Assembly (NCBI RefSeq): GCF_009914755.1
Contig: NC_060934.1
Reading direction: 5' to 3' (one strand)
Length of the DNA stretch: 64,000 nt
DNA from: the human T2T-CHM13v2.0 reference genome, Homo sapiens
Under the pieces are notes generated by a model that saw only the letters and a list, made by a program, of their open reading frames with translations, did no database searches and was not told the origin of the DNA. This document shows, in pieces, positions 13,400 through 28,856 of this stretch (positions are counted from its first letter, which is position 1; every line of letters starts with the position of its first letter). The position numbers and the translations under genes are program-made.

Positions 13400-14250
13400 A
13401 TGAACTGAGTCTTAACAGAAACATGGAAATACTTTCTAAAGAAAAAAACAGTGTTAGAAAAAAGATACAGAAATGGAAACATATAGACATGTCAAGAAGA
13501 AAAGAAATACTTTGATTTGACCTTAAAGGTCAGTTGAAATCAGATTTTTAAAAGGGTTTTGAAGACCCAATTTTAGTCCATAAGCACTGGGGAACCCCTC
13601 AAAGTTTATTTGCACAGGAGAGCAAAATTACCTAAGGTACTGTTAGGAATAGTACTTTAGTTTCAGTTGTGAGGATGGAGTGAAGTGGGATTTGACTAAC
13701 GATAGGCAGATCCCTTAAAGGGCTTCTATAGAAGTGCAGGCAAGAGGTAAGGGAAGCAGGGGATTCTGACAGACAGAATGACAAGACAGGGAGTGACACT
13801 GCACTGAACATGAAGAGAGAAACAGGTTTGGTGAGGACAGTGATGTCTAAAGTAACCATACACAAGTAGAATCCCACAAATAGTCTAAACCCTAGGTCTA
13901 AATCTTGGAGGAGAAATCAGTCTAAAAATAAAGATTTGAAATCTTCAGCACGGAAAGCCTTGGGGTAGATGAAATTGCTAATGAAGGGAGCAACGAAAAC
14001 GAAGGTCCAAGACAAAGCCTTGAAAATTGCCTATATTTTAGGAGGAGAGAGAAGAAATAACTAACAAAGAAGGAAGAGAAGGTGTGATTAGAGTTAGAAG
14101 TAGAACAAGGAGAGTTTCAATCCTGATTAGCTAAGGGAAGAAGAAATTTATAAAGAAGGCACTGAAACAAGGAAGGCAGACTATAGGCTAATTTAGATGT
14201 CATGATGAGGAGGTCACTGGGGATGGCCTTTAAGAGAATGATTTAGCAAA
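13400..14250 (-). mobile_element. L2 LINE fragment
   Basis: gcactggggaacccctcaaagttt, aaagatttgaaatcttcagca and gaaggtccaagacaaagccttg are typical antisense L2 motifs. Confidence 0.6.
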
Positions 14251-14329
14251 GGACAAACAAAAGTGGTTTAAATTTGTTTTATGGACTGGAGACCTGCAGC
14301 ATTATGTAACATAGAAGCCCTGAATTAGG

Positions 14330-15250
14330 CAACATTTAGCAAGAGTTCTACCCTTGGCTCCCCTGTGTAGCTGTGTGACCTAATACTGGTCATATAAATC
14401 CTCTGGACATGAACATCCTCACCTTTTAAAATAGGAGACAGCAGAGGCTTGAAATAGGGAATTGCTCTGAGCTGGCATTTCATACTAACTACAATTATAA
14501 GAAATAATAAAAAATTATTCTTCAATAAATAAAGATTTTAGAAGTTATTAAAAGCATTGGCTTGAGAGTCAGATACACCTGAGATTGGTGCTAGCTTGAA
14601 CCCCTAATAGTACTGAAGAAGTGGTTTAATCTCTAAACCGTGGATTCCTCTTGTGTCAATGAAATCAGTATCAGCAATTCCATCATAGGCTGTGTTGAGA
14701 ATTACACAAGCCATGAAAAGATAACAGTATAGTTCCTGGACTCTAAAAAGGCTTCATAAATATTTGTTGGCTAAATGAATAAATCTCAACTTGTATTCTT
14801 AGAAAGGACCAAAAGCAGGATAGAATCCTGTGAGGAAACATCATCTGGAGGAGATGAGACCTTGAAATAAATAGGAAATGTGGGAGTCGGAGGGAGACAT
14901 TTACATGGACACTAACAGACAGTCAGGTATCAGCTGGGTTCAAATATAAGCACTGTCATTTAGTAGCAGTGTGACTTGAGCAAGTCACCTAATCCTAAAC
15001 CTTGGAGACAGAAAAAATCAAAGCAAAAATGGCAAATACTTTACATAAATAAATATGAGAGACGGGTCCCTGAGTGTCAGTTATATTGTTCATGGGTTTT
15101 TAAAAATACATTTGTAACATTTCATAATTAAAAAGTTTTGATCAATTGGGGCAATAATATCTATATAACATGAGGATTAAATAAAGTAATATTAAAAATC
15201 ATGACAGTGTTTTTCACATAGTTCTCAATAAATGGTTACTGCTATTTCTT
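14330..15250 (+). mobile_element. Cluster of three MIR fragments
   Basis: Repeated MIR cores: tagctgtgtgacc..., ttgagagtcagatacacctgag..., gggttcaaat...gtgtgacttgagcaagtcacctaa. Confidence 0.65.
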
Positions 15251-15491
15251 ACTGTAAGTATTGTTATTTTCCCATTCTAGGAGGAGACAGGATTAAAGAC
15301 AAACAATGGAACAAACACAAGTGTGTAATGTGTATAAGTGAGTATGTGTGGTGAGAGGAGGGTAGTGAACAAAGCAGAGATAAAATCAGGTTGACTGAAA
15401 CCAAGAAGGCAGTCTGGGAGTAGTTGTATAGGTTGGAAATGGGAGAGGGAAGAAGGACTTATTATACAGAAGGTTTTAAAAGCCAGGTAGT

Positions 15492-15676
15492 GGGGGAGGG
15501 GTTGGGGGAGGGAGAACATCAGGAAGAATAGTTAATGGATGCTGGGCTTAATACCTAGGAGATGGGATGATCTGTTCAGCAAACCACCATGGCACACGTT
15601 TACCTACGTAACAAACCTGCACATCCTGCACATGTACCCCTGAACTTAAAAGTTGGAAAAAAAAAGATAAAAAAAA
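15492..15676 (+). mobile_element. 5'-truncated primate L1 3' end (L1PB1/older L1PA-like)
   Basis: ggaagaatagttaatggatgctgggcttaatacctagg...aaacctgcacatcctgcacatgtacccctgaacttaaa plus an A tail. TSD aaaagccaggtagt / aaaacctaggtagt. Confidence 0.9.
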
Positions 15677-16069
15677 CCTAGGTAGTAGGACTCATTACTG
15701 ATAAAATAAACAATAATGAGTCCCTACAGCTAAAGTTTGGGTCAGGGGAAATACAAAATGAGAGTAGTGCTTGAAGAGTCAAATGATAGAAATAATAAAC
15801 TAGAGTAGAAGAAAGTGTTGAGAAACTATCTCAGTAACTCAAGTCAAGAGGAACCACAGCTAGGATTCTAGGGAAGGTTGAAAGTGGAAATGGCATATCT
15901 CAGATGAACCTTTTCTTAGAAAGAAATCTGCAAAGAAATAAGATGACTTAAAGGCTATTAAAGAAATAAAGAGAAAGTAGAGAGAAGAATAAAAGATAAT
16001 GCTAAGATTTTGAAGATGAAATATCCTCCATCTCAGTAAAATAAAATAGAATTGAGAGATCTGAGAGAT

Positions 16070-16290
16070 GGTATCTAGAGGTGATAAGGAGCATGGACTT
16101 TCCAATCAGACAGGCCTGAGTTTGAAGCCTGGCTCTGATACCTAACAATAGGTGCAATACCACATAAGTGATTTCACTTCTCTGAGCCTGTTTCCTTGGC
16201 CATATACTGGGTATAATAGTGGTACCTCCCTCACAGGGGTGTTATGTGAAATACCTAATGTTTGGAAAGGTATTAGCATAGTTACAGTCA
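16070..16290 (+). mobile_element. MIR SINE
   Basis: aggagcatggactttccaatcagacaggcctgagtttgaagcctggctctg...ctctgagcctgtttcc. Confidence 0.8.
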
Positions 16291-16299
16291 TCTTTATGC

Positions 16300-17055
16300 T
16301 CCTTGTTCTCACACCAAATATCCAGTCCATCTGAACATCCCACTGAGACTACCTTAAAAAACAAAAAGCAACCGTCAATTCTCAGCCCACTTTCTCCTTT
16401 GCGCAAGCAATCATAATTTCTCGCTTGAATCACTACAGTCTTCTTCCTGCACTTTCCAGTCTTGCCACCTTCCCCCACCACCAATCTATTCTCCACATAG
16501 CAGTCAGAGAGAGCATTTAAAATATAGATCAAATTACATCACTTTGATTATTTAAATCCTTTAATGGCTTCTCATCTTATAATGTTCTACAAGATCCTTT
16601 ATACTCTAGCTCCTATCTACCTCACCAGCATCATCTCCTACTACGCTGTCCCTCATTCAGCCTGCTCTGCGTCACACTGGCTTCCTTGCCGACTCCCAAA
16701 TACACCACACACGCTGTTATCTCAGAGCCCTGGCACTTGTTCCCTCTGTCTGGGACATTCTTCCCCCCATGCAACATGGCCTCCCTCCTCAAGTCTCCAC
16801 TCAGAAGTAACCTCTTCAGAGACCATCCTTCACTACCCTATCCTTCACAGCAGCACCCCTACCTCAAAACCAAGCTGTCAACTTTCCCCTTACCTTTACT
16901 TTGTTTTAAATCCAAAACACCTGGCATTACAGTCAATATTGGTTTATATGTTGATTGTCTGTCTTCCACTGGTCTTTATCCAATTTGTTTATTGTTGTAT
17001 ACTCTGCTCAAGGTGAGTTCTCAACAAATGTCAGTGAATAAATGAATGAATGAGC
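16300..17055 (+). mobile_element. L2a LINE 3' part
   Basis: C/T-rich L2 body (ctattctccacatagcagtcagag, cttttaatggcttctcatc) ending tctcaacaaatgtcagtgaataaatgaatgaatga. Confidence 0.8.
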
Positions 17056-17374
17056 GAGTAGCATATTACCAATTTTTAAAAGCAACCTGGATTATTAAGT
17101 AATGTGGAAAATAATGGATGTTTAACAATGGTTCTAGGGTTCCTGAACTTCTAGAGATCTTGGAAGGCAGCAATGAGGAATCCAGTAGCTATTTTATGAG
17201 TTTCTAAATGTCTAGTAAAAAGCAAACCTTTACTCACAAGAAGAATTAAGAATATAACTAAAATGTTAAGCTTCTATGCTTTAGAAAAAAATTACTATCA
17301 ACTCAATACAGTAACTCCGGTTGATTCATGCTGATCAGAAGTTATTGAGTTATATAAGTTTTTCACTAATAAAA

Positions 17375-17950
17375 CTGAAAATTAAAATATGTATAATCTC
17401 CTACAGCCAAGTATATATGCAACAGAAATATACACAAATTGTTCAACATGAGAAATGTACAAGAATGTTCACAGGAGCGCTATTTATAATAGTACAGACT
17501 GGAAAACTACCCAAATGCCCACCAAGGGTGAAATGGATAACATATGCTAGGTTCATACCATGTGGTACTGCACAGCAGTAAGAATGAACCATTTCTAACT
17601 ACGTGTAACATTAAGAGATTACTCAGAAATAATGCTGAGTGGGAGAAACTAAACATATAAGAGTACACACTGTTTGATTTCATTTAAATGAAGCACAAAA
17701 ACAGGCAAAAAAAACAATCTATGCTGTCAGAAGTCTGGGTAATGGCTAGCCACTCAGGGTGGGAGAATGGGAGAGTTAGGGGCTGGAAGGGAGCTAAGGG
17801 GGGCTTCTCAAGTGCTAATGTGTTTTATTTCTTGATTAGGGTGCTGACTATATGGATTTTTGTTCAATTTGTAAAAATTCATCAAGATGTGTACTTAATA
17901 TGGTTGTGCTTTTCTATATGGATATTATATTTGAATAAAAAGTTTTTTAA
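17375..17950 (+). mobile_element. L1ME3-like 3' end
   Basis: acaagaatgttcacaggagcgctatttataatag...gggggcttctcaagtgctaatg...gaataaaaagttttttaaa. Confidence 0.8.
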
Positions 17951-20369
17951 AGACAATGAAAAAGATAGTATTGATGATGATAAGTTTGCAGGCAATTCTC
18001 TCCAAATCAGGGTTCCCCAGGGGAACTTGGAGAAAAAAAGAATAATGCCTCTTACAAACTTTTTGTACTTGTGAAATCACTTGAGAGTTTCAGCAGTGGA
18101 AAAATATAATTAATGTTCAGAGATGGTTAATGCAGCACAATTATGTGGAAATAATTTGTACACAAATTCAAAACAAGCCTCAGATGTAGAGAGCCAGACA
18201 GGGTCTTTATTTACTCATTTGTGATTCCAAATGAAAGCAATCTTTCTTTGGAGATTAACCTGTGACTCCCACAAATACATGAAAGTGTCTGGCATGCACA
18301 TAAGGGAAGATTGACTCTTAGCCCAGAAGTTCCCTGATTTTGAAATGCATGTGCTAAGAAAGAACCTTATTTAGAAGAGATGACCAGAACAGCTGCACTT
18401 TGTCGTCAGAATCAAATCCACAAGTATTCTAAGACTTCAAAAAATACAACAAACAATGTGACCTCATTAACCCTTAGAAAAGACATTTCTGCCACTGTTG
18501 TATCTGATCACCATTTATCTCCCCTCAAAATCTCTTGCAATGCCTGTCTTCAGAGATTCTTCCAGAAAAGCGTAAAAGTAAAACTTGAAAGAAATAATAA
18601 AATACTCCTTAATTCCTAGTGATAATACCAGTGAAATCTGATTTTATTTTTCTTTTCTTAGTAAGTTTTCAGCATGTTCCATTGCAGTTTAATCTTATGA
18701 GGGCCTAATTATGGATTGAGGCATTTAAGGCAATAAGAAAACAATAGAAAAATTAAGGAAGATTTAGGAGATGGTTTTAGACCTTATTCTACCATTTCCT
18801 TTCTTTCAGTTTTCCACCCTATGAAATTTATTTAAGAAAATGTATATGGCTGCTGACTTGGGCTACGGAAGGAAGTTATAACATCTACTTGATGGAAAAC
18901 ATTTAATGTAAAAGTTACTAGCCCCATTTAATTATTTGGAATCACTTCTCCCCAACAGGAGGTGGCCAAATAGGGTGTCTCCCAGATTTATGACTTCATT
19001 TTGTTTTCTGCTTCCATAAACAATATTAAGAGTCCCTCTTTAATGGGGTGACACATTCTGTGCCCACCAGAAAACATAATCTCTAAATCATAGTGAACAT
19101 AAACTGTAGTTTTAAGAGATTTGGAAACTGTTTCTAAAAGACTAAGGAAGATGGACAATGGATAAATTAATCCGCAAATTCAGGCAATTTTAGAGAGGGA
19201 GAATAAAAGACCTTCAGAATAGCAGTTTTATTATCTGCATAACTAGGCAAGTCTACATTGTACTTTGTGTGCATATATCTTCTTGTTGAATAACAACACT
19301 GCTTTACAGTTTAAAATGTTTACAGTTTACAAGTTACTTTCACATATAGTATGCACATATAATATCACATATTGAAAATACTAAAAATTGGAGGGGTAGA
19401 ACTAGATCAATTAAGATGACAAAGGAGAATGCAGAAAATAATAGCATAAATTTTAATCCAGAAGCATTTTAGAGACAGAATACAAATTCGTCACACTTTA
19501 AAGAACAGAACCCAGATACTTGGCATTAAACTTTTCCATGGGACACCAAGCTGCTACAGAGGCTCCCAGTTTGGCCTATTTTCTTGGTAGCCCCATAGTC
19601 ACTTGAGTATGAGCTCCATATAGCAAGGATGCTACCTATTTTTCCACCACATATTTATCCATAGCATCTCATGCAGCCTCTGGAACCACAGTTATCCCTC
19701 AGTACATCTGTGTTATGAATCAATCTCTGTAAATATCTAACTTACTTTTTAACATGGGATATCTAATACTTTCTTGAGTCTGATTTCAGGTTCATGATTT
19801 TAGAGTCAATATAACATATTAAAGTGAAATCACATAAAAGAAACATTTATACAAGTCAATCTGTATTTATTTTTAAATATCCATCAAGATAATTTATCAA
19901 ATATCATTCATGATCTAATTTTTCAATATTCACCTTTATTTGTTCCATCAATAGATTTTTCACCACAGTCTACATACAAGATACTATGCTATCACTTTAA
20001 TACTACAGCCCGTAAACTAACAAAAGTTGAGTTAGATACCACCTTCACCAAAATAATGGCAATATAATTCAAATATAAAAGTTATATTGTGGTAAAAAGT
20101 ATCTCAAATAATTCTCTGGTTTTCGAAATGTATGTATTTTCTATTTTGTGACCTTGTTAACACATTTTTATAACTAAAGGATATAGTTTCTAAAAATGCC
20201 TGTGGAACAACTGCAATATGCTACGCTATCATGCAAAATTACAAGATCACGTATTCCTCCAAAGGCCAAAGACAAGCATTTCATAAGCTATTAGAACAGC
20301 AACTGTATTCAGCTGTAAAAAAGTAAAACTTTCTTAAAGTAAAACAAGGCATCCACTACTTCACCCTTG

Positions 20370-20865
20370 GAGATGTGACTATAAAAGTATTATAATTTTT
20401 CAACAAAGGTAATAATTAACACATCCAGATGATTATGCTATTTCAAAAGTGTTACTATTTTACCCAAGTTGTTACTATTATAACTATTTTGAAAGTCCCC
20501 TTCTGGAATTACTTTTAGAGAATGCAGCTTAATCGGTTGACTATCTGAAAGCAAAGCAAATATTTTCCCTTTGAAAGTGCAAAATAGTTCTGGAAGAGTC
20601 AATAATTATTCAGGCCATGACAAGTGAAGTAGGTGTGTATCACAAAGAATGTGTGGCTACAACAGCAATTTGAAGAATTTTTCCAGAGTGGCTTCAAGTT
20701 CCCAAATCTATTCTTACATTTGTAATAAATGTCAAATAATCTTTTTAAAGAATTGTGGAATAAGTGTACTTTTCCAGAGAAACTCTCTCAAGGACAACAT
20801 ACATTTTTAAGAAATTATAAATAATTTAAAAACCAAGCCTCATTACTTTACAGGCATGCCACATA
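20370..20865 (+). mobile_element. MARNA-like TcMar/mariner remnant
   Basis: Degenerate terminal inverted repeats gagatgtgactataaaagtatta ... cctcattactttacaggcatgcc, with mariner-like interior. Confidence 0.6.
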
Positions 20866-23800
20866 TAGTAGCATATTTTTTCACACATCAAATCTAGATT
20901 AGGCAATGTGTATCATAATTTACTACAAAGAAAGATAATTTGCTACCCTCAATCAAAAACTGAGTTGTGGAAACTCCAGGTTTCGATGTCACCATGATCA
21001 GAGTCACATTTTGTTATATTATGGTCATCATAAGTCCCTCCTTACTGCCAAAAAAAAAAAAAAAAAGTACATTTCTTAACTAGCTTGAAACTAAAATTCT
21101 AAAATATGGTTTATGTAAAAAATGTCAACTTCTACCAGTTCTCACCCTTGAGAAGTCTCTGTTAAAAATGCAGCCTGACCATTTCTGTTATATAGAAAGG
21201 AAAGATTTAAACTTTATGAGCAGTTTCAGAATGGAACATAAATCAATATAAAAACTGAATTCTTTAAAAGTTTTCTAAGTTCCAATGACAAGTTTAATAC
21301 TTTTGTCTAAACAACACTATTTAGATAACGATCGAAAGGAACGACATATCTGTGTACGTGTCTTAACTCCTTTTCACTACTATGTAAGTCATTTACTTCA
21401 TGTTGATTTTGGCAGATCCTGGCTTTTCACAATGAAAACAGATACTTGGCCATGATCTGAAATTAAATGCTGAAACAGGATCAAACATACTCTTGAATAT
21501 CCACATATCCTTTTTTATTAATACGTAGTATGTTATGCAAATGACCTACAGTGTCTGACACATTCAACCCCTTTGGCCTTTGACAAGTAGCAACAAAATA
21601 AGAAGCACATGAACCTCTCTAGACTGTTCCAAGAATTAGTCTTGAGAACACATTGTACTAAGAATCAGGAAATCAGGGTGAAAAGATTATGTTTTCAAAA
21701 GAAAATAATCGTAACTTCTTTAGCTGTAGAAGACAGTTGACTCTACCAATGGCTCCTTCTTTAGCCTTAAAATTGGAATATATGTATTCTTGTCTGGGTC
21801 TGGGTCAAATTGACCCTTGAGGCAAAGAGAAATATCCTGGTTGTGCCCCTCTGGGTCAGTGTAGGATACAAACAAGGACTTCCTGCCTTTGAAGTTTATT
21901 TGAGGGTTCTTTATAGTGGAGGGAGCCTAGGAAGGTGATGTGTCTGTCTGGTGAGCATAGGGCATGAGGAACTAGGGAGCTGGGAAAGATGAGGATATTA
22001 AATGGAACCCTCCACAGCACAGGCCAAGGACATGATGAGGTATTTCTGGGGGAGAAGGAGAGAGATAAAAGACGCCTTTGCATTTTCCTTGGAGGACCAG
22101 TTATATGACTGTAAGAGCCCCTTTCCACTGAGTTTCTGTTTAATTATATCTCTTGTTTTAAGATAGATCCCTGTGATATAAAAACTTCAAGTTATAGTGA
22201 ATGAAAAGCTATCATATCAGAATAATCCAGGCCCCTCTCTAAATCGTTGAACCTCACATCTCAGAATCAGCTCTGAGGGCCTGACTGTGAGGCTAGATTC
22301 AAGCATGATTACTCCATGCTGCGTGCACAGGAGTTTTGGTGAAAAAAGAATGAAGTCCAGGGAGTCAGCACGTGACTGGGAATGAGAAGCACAGATTTCC
22401 CTTTTTGGTTCTGTTGTACTCTCATTAAGTGCACTTGAAAAAATATACCCTTGTTTGTCTTTGTTTTATCTAAAAAGACAACGTGTACATCTTCTAGATG
22501 GGGGAGCACATTCACAATTCCAGCACAAACTTTTTCTGTCAATGGGCAGCCATACTTGGTGTGACACTGGTGACCTCACAGTGAGGCTTGTCCATGGCGC
22601 AGAAAAGGTTAAATGATTAATTTGCCAGATTCGATTGCTAGGAAGAGATGGGACAATTCCAGTCAGTATAAATCAGCTAAGCATTTAGAAACTATTATCA
22701 GGAGCACTAGACAGCACTGCATGATCTTCTGCAAACCACAAGTGATGTCAAAGCTGCAAGGCTGCCGAACTGCCAGGGCTGAAGCACCGATAATAGATGC
22801 TAAAATTACTGCTGAAGAAGCATATTTGATTACAAAGGGCCCCTAGAGCAGTAAAGCACTTGGAAGCCTTCCCTCCGAGTTTTACAAGAAATAAGATAAG
22901 CAGCATCTCCAACTGTAATCACAAAATATAATAAAAAATGCTCCAGGTTCTCATGAGACATACAAGTGTATTTTCCTTGAATGATTTAAAACCATTATTT
23001 TCCTAACACACAACGAGGACAAAGTTACCAGTAAACTGAGGCAACCTCTAGTTGGTAACACAGACAACTCCATGAGGAGTTTTTGTTTTTGTTTTTCAGT
23101 ATGCTTTAAAAAGAGGTGGGCTTATTTAAATTGACCTCAACCTATGCATTCCCACCTTTCTACTCTTTCCCCTTGTTCTCAAGCCTCAAATCTTAAAGGA
23201 TTACTACAGAATCCTTTCTGCTCAGTAGTTTCCAGCCTAATTCCTCATGCTATTTGCTGATCTGATATTGCTGCCAGCCTCTTTCCTCTGCCGCACTATG
23301 ACTCCATCCTCTCCCCAGCCCCCATTTTCATCCACAGCTCCCAGTGTTCCCATCCTAGGTTCTGCCTGTTTGTGAAGGAGAAAGTTGAGGCAGTGATAAC
23401 TGTCAGGAACAACCAAACACCAACATACAAAGAAATTTGCTCCAATATTTTTTAAAGTTCTAAAATTGGTTATCAAGCAATTCCCCCATCTTTTTCAGTA
23501 ACTTCTTAACTGCTACTTTATATTTTCTTGTTATATGTTTTACAATTTAGATGAACCAATGGGCTGTCTAGTTGTGAAAGTTTAATCTGATTAAAAAAGA
23601 CACATAGGAAATGAATTAAAGTTTCAAGAAAATGTTTCAGGAAGAGCAAACCTAAAATACACAAAGACAATTATTTAACAGAAACAATCCATTAAAAGGT
23701 ACTAAGTACACACAAAAAAACTTCGTATGTCTCAAAATAAAATCAACCATAATAAAATGCAAGACATGCCAAATGCAAAGATTCTGAATGCATTAAAATG

Positions 23801-24029
23801 ACAACAGAGGGCATCTTTGACCAGTGGGTTCCTACAAGTTAGTCACTAAAAACCAGTTTGTAAAATAGGTCTTGAGATTTGAATCCTCAAATAAAATATA
23901 TATTATTTGCTTTGTTTGAGACAGCATAAGGGTTTTGGATAGAATTGTGAGATCTTAGTAATCTGACTACAGAGAAAACACTATATTCAAAATAGAAAAT
24001 CTATTTTCTGTTAAGTCTGAAAAATCCAA

Positions 24030-24270
24030 GGCACAGCAGTTTAGGTCTGTAGAGCCAGATGGCCTAGGAAGGAACCCTCGCTCAGGCTCAGTCACTTATA
24101 AGCTCTGTGACTTTGGGCAAGCTACTTACCTTTTCCATACTTAAGTTCATCAGGTAAATGGGATTATAATGTGAGGACTAGTACAAGAATTAAATTAGCT
24201 AATATATTTAAAACACCTTGAAGAGGATCTGGTGGATAGTAAGCACTGTTTAACTGTTAGCTATTCTTTT
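24030..24270 (+). mobile_element. MIR SINE
   Basis: gtagagccagatggcctagg...agctctgtgactttgggcaagctacttacc. Confidence 0.8.
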
Positions 24271-25363
24271 TGTTACTCCTTTCTCCTTTTCATTCAGAGA
24301 GAGAGAATTTCTCTACATACTTCTAAGATTGCCTCATTTAAAAGTACCTGGTGGAATAAGGAATGATAAACATCTGCATAGTTTTTCCCTATATGACTGG
24401 TCTGTGGCAGAGATAAATGCACTCTTCCTCATTTGTTTCTACTGCCAGTTTCTACCAGAGTGAGGCACTGATATTTGTCAATCTTCTCTTTTATATTTCT
24501 GCTTTGTCCCATTTCTTCTTACTACATTCATAATACAATTAGATAAAAGTCTGGTGAAATTTGGGTAGAGAAAAACTTAATAAAGTAGGTCTAATTATTT
24601 GGCTATCAAACTAAAAGTTTTGACTCACAAGAATCTTTTCCAGAGTTCTCCCTGCATTCAGATAATCCAAAAATGACTTCGACTTAAAATGTCAAGTGTG
24701 GCCTGTGGGTAAGCAACTCTGAGAAGAACGGACATGTTGCATTCTTTGGTTTTGAAATTACAAACAAATATGGGTACCTGAATGGTATATAGCCACTCTA
24801 GGAGACACAACTTCAATTCCTTAAATGTATTTAGATGAACACTGAATTTCAGTCTTCTTTCATGGCTTTGGTGGGAAATATGACTATGGAAAGGATGCTT
24901 TCATATAGCAGATAAAGGTTTGTTTTGAGTTTGATTTTTTTCAACTAAAAGTTTGAAAGATGGTATATACCATTTTTGTTGTACAGTGTAGAATGCAGAA
25001 TTAGTGTGTCTACCATAAAACCCATGTACCGCTGGGATAATCACATTTGGTAGCTATTTGATAAAGACAAATACACTCCAGGGTGTGTTATCCTGGATAC
25101 CTCTGCTTTTTGGGTGTCTTACATTAGCAGCTTGTCTCATAATGTCCCTTTGCTTTTCTTACTCTAGAAGCCCCCTTCTTAGCTGGAGCGATTCTTCTAA
25201 GATCATTAATTTTCAGGCATTTAGCACTACAATCTGTATTTTCAATGTAGTAAACTACTAAGATTTTCCCTTATCTTATCTTGGAAGTTTTATCTTCCCT
25301 TTTCTAGAATACAGACCAAAAATATAATAAACAGAGAAAGACTAATAAAAAAGAAAAAGTAAC

Positions 25364-25722
25364 TGTATTAGTCCATTCTCATACTGCTATGAAGAAACAC
25401 CCAAGACTGGGTAATTTATAAAGAAAAAGAGGTTTAATGGACTCACAGTTCCACATGCTGGAAAGGCCTCACAATCATGGTGGAAGACAAAGAAAGAGCA
25501 AAGGCATGACTTACGTGGTGGCAGGCAAGACAGCATATGTACAACTGCCCTTTACAAAACCATCAGATCTCACAAGACTTATTCACTATCACAAGTACAG
25601 CACGGGAAAAACCTGCCCCCATGATTCAGTTACCTCCCACTGGGTCCCTCCCATGACACGTGGGGATTATGTGAGCTAAATTCAATTGGAGAACTGGGTG
25701 GGGACACAGCCAAACCATATCA
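25364..25722 (-). mobile_element. THE1 (THE1B/C-like) MaLR solo LTR
   Basis: Reverse complement starts TGATATGGTTTGGCTGTGTCCCCACCC and ends CTAATACA. Perfect 5-bp TSD gtaac at 25359-63 and 25723-27. Confidence 0.95.
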
Positions 25723-27741
25723 GTAACAATACAGAGTCAAAATAAATTGAAGAGTATAATTCAGCATTATACTGCTATTATGTTAAAGGGTTGACAGTTT
25801 AGTTCTCAGGAACTACATTATCTCAAAAGATAATTTTTCATTGGTTTCTGCCATATCTATGTATATATCTAAGTAAAAACATAATGCCAGACTTGGCTGT
25901 TTCAGGTAAAAATATCCAAATGTATATACTTTAAATGGAAATTCTAAGTAAACACATATTTTATCAATAGCACTAATGAATGATAACAATTAGCTAAGAA
26001 AATCTGAGTCACCATTCATTCATTCAATAAATAATTATTAAATTAAAAATTATGTGAAGGGCCATGTGAAATTAAGTGCCCTAAACTGGTAGGGGGGAGG
26101 GATATTGAGAAAAATATATATATGACAAGTACAGTGCCATTAAGAGGTAATTATGAGGAATATAGAATATTTTCAATATTACATTTTTAATGGCAGAAAA
26201 ACTGCAATTACTCTTATAAGTTAAAATTAAAAATTTAAAACTATATAATTCTTTAAGTATCATAAGTATGTTTGAGTTCCCTTGGTTTATTCATATAAAT
26301 ATATATAGCTCCATATTCAATCATTTATATCTATCTGATTATAAAGTCATTTTGTAAATGTAAGAGTATTGTGGCACTCTTGTCCATTCAGAACATTTTA
26401 TATTATTATAAAAAGAAAAAATGATTTGCTGATCTTTCCATCTGCTTGAACCAGAAATGAAAAATATAAAATTGTAAAATAAATAATGGTGACTCTTAAA
26501 AACTCTGAAAAGTTAATACAAAGAGTTCCCTGATTTATGTTAACTTTGAGAATTAAGTCAGAGAATTAAGTTTTGCCCTTTGTGCTTATTGCTAATAGAC
26601 ATTTTGAGTTTTTTTCCTATTTTCATATTAGAAACAATGAATAAGCCAATGAAAACATTATCACTGGAGAAACTTCTGATAATGACAATGGTAAAATCTA
26701 GTCCAGATTGTTGGCTTCGTGTGAGGGAAAAATAGAAATTTTGTAATCTCATTCATGGTTCACAAAACTTGTGTCATATGTCAATAATTAAACAAGAAAT
26801 AATCCAGGCAAGAAATGTTAAAATCTTTGCCAACTAGCCATAAACTTATTATTGAATGGGCTAGATAAAATTTCTGGATAATAAGTGTTAGAAAATTCAA
26901 CAATACTACTTCAAAGGCAGCCAGACGTTGCAAGTCCAAAATTGATTTCTTACCATGAAACCAAAAAAAAAAAAAATGGTTAGACAGAAGACTGTACCAT
27001 GTGAATGACAGGGGAAAACATTATAGAAAGACTATGATGCATCCAAAGCAGATATCTAAAATATTTAGTGGGCTAAATTGATAGTATGTGCCTGTGTGCT
27101 TTATTGTTTGGGAATGAAAGGTTGAACAGGAGCGTGAGCTTTTTCATTTCATTATTCTGAAGCAGTGATCCTAAAGGAGATATCAACACCTTGCGATAAT
27201 CTTCAGAGATGTCAGGTTCTGAGTTCAAGTCTTCCTTTTCTTATTTACTTTTAAGTTATTTTCCCTCTTTTCACATTGATTCATGATAGCACTAACCCAA
27301 AGAACACACTTGAAGTCCATGATCACTGGGCTCAAAGTGGAAACATGTGTGCAAGTGCATCCATCTGCCTGTCCTGGCACATGCATGTTAGCCCTGGTAT
27401 GCCATTTTGAACTTTGCAAATTTGAAAAGCAAATATTTCTTCAAATATTCTAAACTAGTAAGGTTTTACAAAATCTACTAATATACATATCTTTGCAACA
27501 TGCTAAGAGAAATACAGATAAAATAGACTATATCTGGGTTAAAGTAAATATATTTCCAAAATGTCAGCATTTTGAAACTTTAGAGAAATTTTGGTTTTTC
27601 TAGTTATGGGTAGGATATAAATCTTCTTTGAAGGGACAAACCTTTTTCTCTAGACATAAAGAGAATTATAAGCATAGCACTAAAATGTCTATGCTTAAAT
27701 GAGTCCCTAAACATTTCCAAGTGAATTGTTCAAAAGTTCTT

Positions 27742-28414
<673 letters not shown>

Positions 28415-28449
28415 TCAAATAATAGAATCATATGTAAAAATACAGTTTT

Positions 28450-28856
<407 letters not shown>

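Noticed and set aside
16564-17045. 150-aa and 119-aa ORFs
   Set aside because: They lie wholly inside an L2 remnant and have low-complexity composition.
24900-25060. Minus-strand KLLVEKNQTQNKPL, reminiscent of an RTE-clade reverse transcriptase motif
   Set aside because: The flanking RT motifs are not recoverable and chance is likely; it needs an HMM search.
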